From the NCBI GenBank assembly GCA_030599585.1, contig JAUVNS010000007.1, positions 160,001-224,000 of the forward strand: 64,000 nucleotides of DNA. The letters are read 5' to 3'. Under the pieces are notes generated by a model. That model was not told the origin of the DNA, searched no databases, and saw only the letters and a program-made list of their open reading frames with translations. The position numbers and the translations under genes are program-made. Positions 57,845 through 64,000 of this stretch are shown here, in pieces. Position 1 is the stretch's first letter, and every line of letters starts with the position of its first letter. This stretch comes from Promethearchaeota archaeon (GTDB lineage Archaea; Asgardarchaeota; Lokiarchaeia; Sigyniarchaeales; SOKP01).

Positions 57845-59764
57845 TTAACTGTGTTTTTGTTTTATAAACGGAAGTTTTCCTCCCGCTTTTAGAACATTAA
57901 TCTCTGTTACGCTTAAAGAATGAGTTAAATTAATTTCAGTACCTTTAGAGAGATTTTTTAATGCTACATTCCCTGATTCTATCGTAGTTAGATCGATTTC
58001 TAAGTTATCTCCTTGTTCAACCTTAGCATAATCATCTGTATTTGCAAATGTTAATGGTACGATACCAAAGTTTACAAGGTTAGCTAGATGGATTCGAGCA
58101 AACGATTTCACTATAACTGCTTTAAGTCCGAGATATTTTGGTGCTATAGCTGCGTGTTCTCTACTTGAACCTTGACCATAGTTTTCTCCTCCAACAATAA
58201 AACCACCATTCTTTTCTAAAGATCTCTCTGGAAAAGTTGAGTCTACCAGATTGAAGACAAATTTACTGATTTCAGGAATATTAGATCTTAAAGGCAAAAT
58301 TTTAGCCCCTGCTGGCATTATATGATCGGTAGTAATATCATCTTCGACTTTAAGAAGAAGTTCCCCTTCTAATTTGTTTGGTAAAGGATTGAATTCTGGT
58401 AAGGGCTTTATATTAGGTCCACGGACGATTTCAATAGATTCTTGACCTGCCTTTGGTGGAATGATCATATTATCGTTAACCATAAATTTTTCTGGCATTA
58501 TTATCTCTGGAAATTTGCCAAAAGATCTTGGATCAGTAATCTTGCCATGAATTGCAGATACAGCCGCAGTTTCGGGGCTTACTAGATATGCTTGAGCGCT
58601 TTTAGTTCCAGATCTTCCAAGAAAATTTCTATTAAAAGTTCTTAATGTAACGGCATCAGTTTTTGGCGCCAGTCCCATACCAATACAAGGACCGCATGCG
58701 TTTTCTAGAATTCTTGCTCCCGCTTCAATTAAATATGCCATCTCGCCAGATGTTATCATGTGATCAACAACTTGACGAGAACCAGGTGAGACGGTTAAGA
58801 CAGTATGTTCATTAACAGTTTTTCCTTTTAAGATATTAGCAGAGATTTTAAGATCTCTTAAGGTTGAGTTCGTACAACTCCCAATGCAAACTTGATCAAC
58901 TTTTAATCCTTCTATTTCCTTTACAGTTTTTATATTGCCCGGGCTATGTGGCGTGGCTACAAGAGGGACAAGTTCGCTCAGATTTATTTCTATTGTTTCG
59001 TCATAGACTGCATCTTCATCTGGTTCTAAAAGAACCCATTGATCCCCTCTTTCTTGAGATACTAAGAATTCTTTTGTAATATCGTCAGATGGAAATATCG
59101 AGGTTGTGGCTCCCGTTTCAGTTCCCATGTTGGTTATTGTACCTCGCTCAGGTACACTTAGAGTCTTAATTCCTGGGCCAGTGTATTCCAATACTTTATT
59201 AACTGCACCTTTAACACCAATTCTCCTTAAGACTTCGAGAATCACGTCTTTTGCTGCCACAAAATCAGGTAGTTTCCCGGTAAGAAGTACGTTTACAACC
59301 TTAGGCATTTTTAAATGAAAAGATTCTCCTGCCATCGCAGCTGCTACATCTAATCCACCGGCGCCTATAGCTATCATACCTACACCTCCACCAGTCGGAG
59401 TGTGGCTATCGCTCCCTAATAAAGTTTTTCCAGGGCGTGCAAAGCGTTCCAAATGCAGCTGGTGGCAAATACCATTTCCTGGGCGTGAAAAATAAAGCCC
59501 GTATTTAGCAGCAATACTTTGTAGATATCTATGATCGTCGGGATTTTTAAAATCAGTCTGTAAAGTATTGTGATCTACATAACTGACCGATAACTCAGTC
59601 TGAATGTGAGATATACCTATCGCTTCGAATTGCAAATAAGCCATAGTACCCGTAGCATCTTGGGTTAAGGTTTGGTCAATTTTTATACTAATATCTGTTC
59701 CACGTTCTGATTTACCATCAACCAAGTGCTCTTCTATTACTTTTTCAGTTAAAGTTTTCCCCAT
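57845..59764 (-). CDS. Second aconitase-family hydratase (short, ~640 aa archaeal/Aquifex-type)
   Basis: TQDATGTMA, YVDHN, GICHQ, DSHT, GSCTN, CGPCIG, TTDHI, GSSREHAA. Confidence 0.9.
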   Translation of the reverse strand: MGKTLTEKVIEEHLVDGKSERGTDISIKIDQTLTQDATGTMAYLQFEAIGISHIQTELSVSYVDHNTLQTDFKNPDDHRYLQSIAAKYGLYFSRPGNGICHQLHLERFARPGKTLLGSDSHTPTGGGVGMIAIGAGGLDVAAAMAGESFHLKMPKVVNVLLTGKLPDFVAAKDVILEVLRRIGVKGAVNKVLEYTGPGIKTLSVPERGTITNMGTETGATTSIFPSDDITKEFLVSQERGDQWVLLEPDEDAVYDETIEINLSELVPLVATPHSPGNIKTVKEIEGLKVDQVCIGSCTNSTLRDLKISANILKGKTVNEHTVLTVSPGSRQVVDHMITSGEMAYLIEAGARILENACGPCIGMGLAPKTDAVTLRTFNRNFLGRSGTKSAQAYLVSPETAAVSAIHGKITDPRSFGKFPEIIMPEKFMVNDNMIIPPKAGQESIEIVRGPNIKPLPEFNPLPNKLEGELLLKVEDDITTDHIMPAGAKILPLRSNIPEISKFVFNLVDSTFPERSLEKNGGFIVGGENYGQGSSREHAAIAPKYLGLKAVIVKSFARIHLANLVNFGIVPLTFANTDDYAKVEQGDNLEIDLTTIESGNVALKNLSKGTEINLTHSLSVTEINVLKAGGKLPFIKQKHS

Positions 59765-60061
59765 AATAACTTTTAACCAATATCAATTTAGTTTTATTTT
59801 TTATTTTATTATTTTATTGAAAGTCTTAATTTAATCTATTTGTGAACAAAATAGATACAAGTTATCTAAAATGAAAATGTTATTAAACTTTTCCTTTGAT
59901 AAGTTAGGTGATTTGCCCACTTTTCTCCCTTTAAACAAGGAGTTTAAAAAAAAATATCGTGTTGGATGATTCTCGTACTTTCACAAACAAAATCTTTAAC
60001 TTTATTAACTAATCTAACTAATTAATTTCTAGGCAAAAGCTTCAAAAAAATAAAAAATACG

Positions 60062-60559
60062 GTGGCTATTATTAGTCAAATTGAAGACCAAGAAAAAACG
60101 GGCATTGATGTTAGAGCAAATGACTTAATAAGAGAAACTAAAGTATTAACCATAGCACGATTAGCAATAATGTTAGTAGATTTATTTGGACTTGACGAAC
60201 CATTTAAAAAAGTGGGAAAACATAGCGGTCAGGAAATCGAAATGTATTTCACCGAATTAGATGGATATATTACCTTCATTCTCGCATCCGAAAGAGAGAA
60301 TTTTGATTGTGTTGCAGAAAAAGCTAACAGTCCAATTGCGAGACTTATTATAACTGTCGAAGAAGATAAAATCTTAAACCTTATTAGTAGCATTATTCGC
60401 TCTAAAAACAACCTTTTCAGTTTAATTAAATTCTTGAAATACATAATCCCTGGTAAAGCAAAAATTAAAGGATCTTATGTAGCCGCCATTAAGTTAATTA
60501 GGTGTCTTATGATTGGAAAACATGATGTTTATAGTTACAACGGAGGATCATTTGCGTGA
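60062..60559 (+). CDS. Hypothetical protein, possibly SCP2 (lipid-carrier)-like fold
   Basis: C-terminal IIPGKAKIKGS..AAIKL resembles the SCP2 GKxKxxG signature; GTGA overlap with the next gene. Confidence 0.55.
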   Translation: MAIISQIEDQEKTGIDVRANDLIRETKVLTIARLAIMLVDLFGLDEPFKKVGKHSGQEIEMYFTELDGYITFILASERENFDCVAEKANSPIARLIITVEEDKILNLISSIIRSKNNLFSLIKFLKYIIPGKAKIKGSYVAAIKLIRCLMIGKHDVYSYNGGSFA

Positions 60560-61704
60560 GCTTAAAAAACGATCATTTTCTCCAGATTTCAGACTCAATA
60601 ACTAATCCCTACATAACAGAATGGCTAGCAGAAGGTAAAAAAGTTTTAGGATACTATTGTACTTATATCCCGGATGAACTCTTATACGCGGCGAATTTAC
60701 TACCATATCGAATACGAGCAACCGGGAATACAGAAACGAATCTGGCGGATGTATATATGGTACGATTTACGTGCTCTTTTGTTCGCGCAACATTTGACAT
60801 GGCTTTAAGAGGTATCTATGATTTTTTAGACGGAATTTTAATTTGTAATTCCTGCGATCACTCTCGCCGAATGTTTGAACTTTTTGATTTAAAAATTTTT
60901 GGAAGAAAAGACTTTCCTAAACCAGCTTCCCAATTTTACTATTCTATACCTCATGTTATTACGGATGAAGGCTTTGAATGGTATTATACCGAGATACAAG
61001 AATTAAAAACTGAGTTAGAAGAAAAATATAATCTAGAAACTATAACTAAACAAGATTTAATTGAAACTATTAACATCTACAATAAGAATCGTGACCTTTT
61101 ACGGGAAATACACGAAATGAGAGTTATTGACGCCCCCAAAATTACCGGTAGTGAAGCTTTGCAAATATCAATGTCGAACAATTCAATTCCCAAAGAAGCT
61201 GCTAACCGGGAATTAGAACGAATTGTCAACTCCTTGAAAGAAAGCGAAGGCATTAAATCCAATGCTAAAAGAATCATGCTTGTTGGAAGTGAAGTTGACA
61301 GCACTGATTTTACTGGATTAATAGAAGATTCTGGGGCTCTCATTGTTTCTGATTTTTTATGCTTTGGAACTCGCAATTTTCTGGATGATGTCCACTTAGG
61401 TTTCAACCGCGATCCACTAAAAAGCATAGTAGAGCGAGTGTATTTCAGAATGTCTTGTCCTAGAATGATGGACGATCACGAACGGCGTTTAGAATTTGTG
61501 AAAACTGAAATTAAAAGAGCAAAGGTTGATGGAGTCATCTTACAAAGAATAAACAATTGCGACCTACACGGTTGCGATAATATGCTATACGTTCACGAAT
61601 TAAAGGATTTAGAGATTCCCGTATTGAATTTAGATCGCGAATTTTACCAAGCAGATACCACTAGACTTCAAACAAGAATAGAAGCCTTTTTAGAAATGAT
61701 TTAG
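60556..61704 (+). CDS. 2-hydroxyacyl-CoA dehydratase / benzoyl-CoA reductase family subunit
   Basis: GYYCTYIP.E, CSF, NSCDH, LCFG.R, CPRM, CDLHG, TRIEAFLEMI. Confidence 0.87.
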   Translation: MSLKNDHFLQISDSITNPYITEWLAEGKKVLGYYCTYIPDELLYAANLLPYRIRATGNTETNLADVYMVRFTCSFVRATFDMALRGIYDFLDGILICNSCDHSRRMFELFDLKIFGRKDFPKPASQFYYSIPHVITDEGFEWYYTEIQELKTELEEKYNLETITKQDLIETINIYNKNRDLLREIHEMRVIDAPKITGSEALQISMSNNSIPKEAANRELERIVNSLKESEGIKSNAKRIMLVGSEVDSTDFTGLIEDSGALIVSDFLCFGTRNFLDDVHLGFNRDPLKSIVERVYFRMSCPRMMDDHERRLEFVKTEIKRAKVDGVILQRINNCDLHGCDNMLYVHELKDLEIPVLNLDREFYQADTTRLQTRIEAFLEMI

Positions 61705-61745
61705 ATTAGAATAATTTTAGAATAAAATAAAATACTAAGTGTGAA

Positions 61746-63038
61746 GTGGTGAATATTACAGCTAAGAATGAAACTAGGATTGTCCCTTATCAAATGTTAT
61801 TAGACGCGATGGAGACTACCTACGAATTAGTAGAAAATATCCTTCCCGAAACAGGAATCCCTTCTTTAAGAATAGGATTGGAAGAAATGATACCTGTAGT
61901 TAGGAGAGATATTGAAAAAGCTCGAGAAGGCTTGCCTATCGTTGGATACCACTTTGCATTCCAAGCCGATTATCTTAAATGTTTTGATTGCGTACCTATA
62001 TGCATCGAAGGAGTTTCCTATTTTTTAGGAACTCTTTTAATGAATGGTGTTGAAAAATATTATGATGTAATAGGAAATTGGGGTCATCCCTTTCATACAT
62101 GTTCGGCACAAAAAGGAGCAATGGGGATGAGTTTAGAAAACTTGTATCATTTTGACGCAATGATCACTCCAACAGCACCGTGCGATTCCACATGCGCGTC
62201 TTATCCTTTTTTCAAATTTGAAAAAAAAATTCCTTTAATAATTGCCGATATGCCTTTTCTTCATGATGAAAAAAGTTACAAATATTACGGTGAGCAATTA
62301 AAGCTAAGTCTTCATAGTCTGGGGGAGGTAATTGGTCAAGAACCCGATTTTGATAAAATGAGAAAAGCTTTAGAAGTAGAGAATGAAGTGTCTAAATTAA
62401 GAATGGAATTGTTTGACTTAATAAAAGCTGTTCCAAGCCCAATTGAGAACATATTTAATCCTATTTCAGCTGCATCAACGATAATTATTTCTGGAACTCC
62501 TGAAAACATTTCGTTTTATCGTAGGATACTCGATATCGCAAAATCTAGATACAAGAACAAAGAACATCATGGAGGTGAAGAAAAAATAAGATCGATCTGG
62601 CCTTACATGCTTACTTTCTTTGATATTTCTTTATGTGAATGGTTAGACCGAAAAATGGGCATGAGTGTTTTACTCGATATCTTTAACTATAATTTATCAG
62701 ATCCCGTTGATACCAAAGCTGATTTAGATTCTCTATTTTATGAAATGGCCAGAAAGGCTATGGGATGGCCAATGATAAAACAATCAACTGAGTTCTATTA
62801 CCCCTTCTTAGACGATTGTATTAGAATGGCTAAAGATTTTAGCGCTGATTGCTTCATTTATACACAGAGTATTGCGTGCAAGCAATTTGGAGGCGTACCG
62901 CAGCTGCTAAGGGAAGCTCTCATGGACGAAGTAGGAATCCCTATGTTGGTAATTGATTTTGATGTTGGAGACGCCAGAATAACGTCGGCAAAGGCTATTA
63001 AAGACAAAATATCGATGTTTGTTCAGACTTTACTATAG
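61746..63038 (+). CDS. 2-hydroxyacyl-CoA dehydratase family second subunit
   Basis: HTCSAQK, APCDS, ACKQ, GIPML.IDFDVGD.R. Confidence 0.85.
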   Translation: MVNITAKNETRIVPYQMLLDAMETTYELVENILPETGIPSLRIGLEEMIPVVRRDIEKAREGLPIVGYHFAFQADYLKCFDCVPICIEGVSYFLGTLLMNGVEKYYDVIGNWGHPFHTCSAQKGAMGMSLENLYHFDAMITPTAPCDSTCASYPFFKFEKKIPLIIADMPFLHDEKSYKYYGEQLKLSLHSLGEVIGQEPDFDKMRKALEVENEVSKLRMELFDLIKAVPSPIENIFNPISAASTIIISGTPENISFYRRILDIAKSRYKNKEHHGGEEKIRSIWPYMLTFFDISLCEWLDRKMGMSVLLDIFNYNLSDPVDTKADLDSLFYEMARKAMGWPMIKQSTEFYYPFLDDCIRMAKDFSADCFIYTQSIACKQFGGVPQLLREALMDEVGIPMLVIDFDVGDARITSAKAIKDKISMFVQTLL

Positions 63039-63109
63039 TTGAGAGGTTTCAATTATATTAATATTTTAAGAAGTTTTTTGTAATTTATAACGAATAAAGA
63101 GGAATTTTA

Positions 63110-64000
63110 ATGCTCTATCCACAAAGAAATAGTAATCGTCATTTTATAGACCTATCTGGATTTTGGGATTTTCTATTAGACCACGATGATAAAGGGGTTG
63201 GAGAAAATTGGACCAAGGGTTTTGATAATGGATGTCCAATAGCTGTACCTGCCAGTTGGAACGATCAATTTGCTGACGACCGAGATTTTTTAGGACCTGC
63301 CTGGTATCAAATGAAATTTACAATACCTTTGGAATGGGATAAAAAGAAAATCTTGATAAGGTTTGGTTCGGTTAATTACCTTACTAATGTATGGTTAAAT
63401 GGAGAGGTGGTAGGACATCACGAAGGAGGGCATCTACCTTTTGAGTTTGAGATATCTGATAAGATCGTGCCCGAAGATAATTTACTCGTAGTTAGAGTAG
63501 ATGGAAGATTATCAGATAATCATGTGCCACCTCGGGGGCGTCCAATGAACAATCCGCATACAAATTTTGATTTTTATCCCTTTTGCGGAATTCATCGGCC
63601 AGTGTTGCTTTACGCTATTCCCAAAGAAGGATTAAGAGACATAACTGTTAAAACATCTATAAAAGATACCACGGGAATATTAGATGTTACAATAGAAACT
63701 ATTGGTTTAGATGATGTCCATATGAATCTTTCTCTAAAAGGATTTGGTTCAGAAATAACTAATACATCGAAAAATCAGCAAAATATTCAAAAAATAACTT
63801 TAGAAGTAAAACAAGCGAAGTTTTGGGATACGGAAACCCCTAATTTATACGATCTAACAGTTGACATCGTTAAAGAAAATGCTATAATCGATTCTTATTC
63901 GCTTAAAGTAGGAATTCGGACTATAGAAGTGAAAGGAGATAAGCTGTTATTAAATGGTAAACCCATTTATCTAACAGGATTTGGACGTCACGAGGATTTT
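63110..64000 (+). CDS. uidA: Beta-glucuronidase, GH2 (partial; runs off the window end)
   Basis: Not in the ORF track. Translated by hand: MLYPQRNSNRHFIDLSGFWDF..AVPASWNDQ..HEGGHLPF..FDFYPFCGIHRPV..GKPIYLTGFGRHEDF. Confidence 0.85.
   Translation, partial: MLYPQRNSNRHFIDLSGFWDFLLDHDDKGVGENWTKGFDNGCPIAVPASWNDQFADDRDFLGPAWYQMKFTIPLEWDKKKILIRFGSVNYLTNVWLNGEVVGHHEGGHLPFEFEISDKIVPEDNLLVVRVDGRLSDNHVPPRGRPMNNPHTNFDFYPFCGIHRPVLLYAIPKEGLRDITVKTSIKDTTGILDVTIETIGLDDVHMNLSLKGFGSEITNTSKNQQNIQKITLEVKQAKFWDTETPNLYDLTVDIVKENAIIDSYSLKVGIRTIEVKGDKLLLNGKPIYLTGFGRHEDF

Noticed and set aside
1531-61427. Many short (60-116 aa) ORFs in the track that are antisense to or nested in long genes
   Set aside because: They overlap well-supported genes and have no motifs; they are shadow ORFs.
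1-64000. Selenocysteine read-through, tRNA/rRNA, CRISPR arrays, IS elements
   Set aside because: The TGA-terminated ORFs I checked end at natural C-termini. No GC-rich structured RNA, spaced repeats or transposase were seen by eye; a covariance-model search was not possible.

Overview
AT-rich, densely coding prokaryotic window, most consistent with an Asgard archaeon (Lokiarchaeia-like). This is an inference from the gene families (AN1-rhomboid, E2-like/JAB fusion, tungsten AOR, archaeal VapBC) and the frequent TTG/GTG starts. Most of the window reads as one large catabolic neighbourhood. (1) 1.9-14 kb is an arginine/proline module: an arginine synthetase (ArcE)-like protein, a Giardia-like OTC, carbamate kinase, ornithine aminotransferase, a proline-dehydrogenase/sarcosine-oxidase-like pair, a tungsten aldehyde:ferredoxin oxidoreductase and a flavodoxin. 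No arginine deiminase or P5C dehydrogenase is in the window. (2) 15-60 kb holds an almost complete TCA set: monomeric IDH, ATP-citrate lyase AclAB, SucCD, KorAB, SdhAB, FumC, two citrate synthases and two aconitases. Only malate dehydrogenase is missing, and an FMN alpha-hydroxy-acid dehydrogenase sits directly behind fumC. Also present: an AN1-zinc-finger/Derlin-like pseudo-rhomboid, an E2(UEV)-like-JAMM fusion, tandem membrane CapA-type metallophosphoesterases, a VapBC pair with a palindromic operator, a remnant of a molybdopterin-enzyme gene, an SCP2-like + 2-hydroxyacyl-CoA dehydratase operon and the 5' part of a GH2 beta-glucuronidase. I recognised no rRNA, tRNA, CRISPR array or transposase. 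All family calls are from motif recognition and recalled consensus sequences, not database searches.
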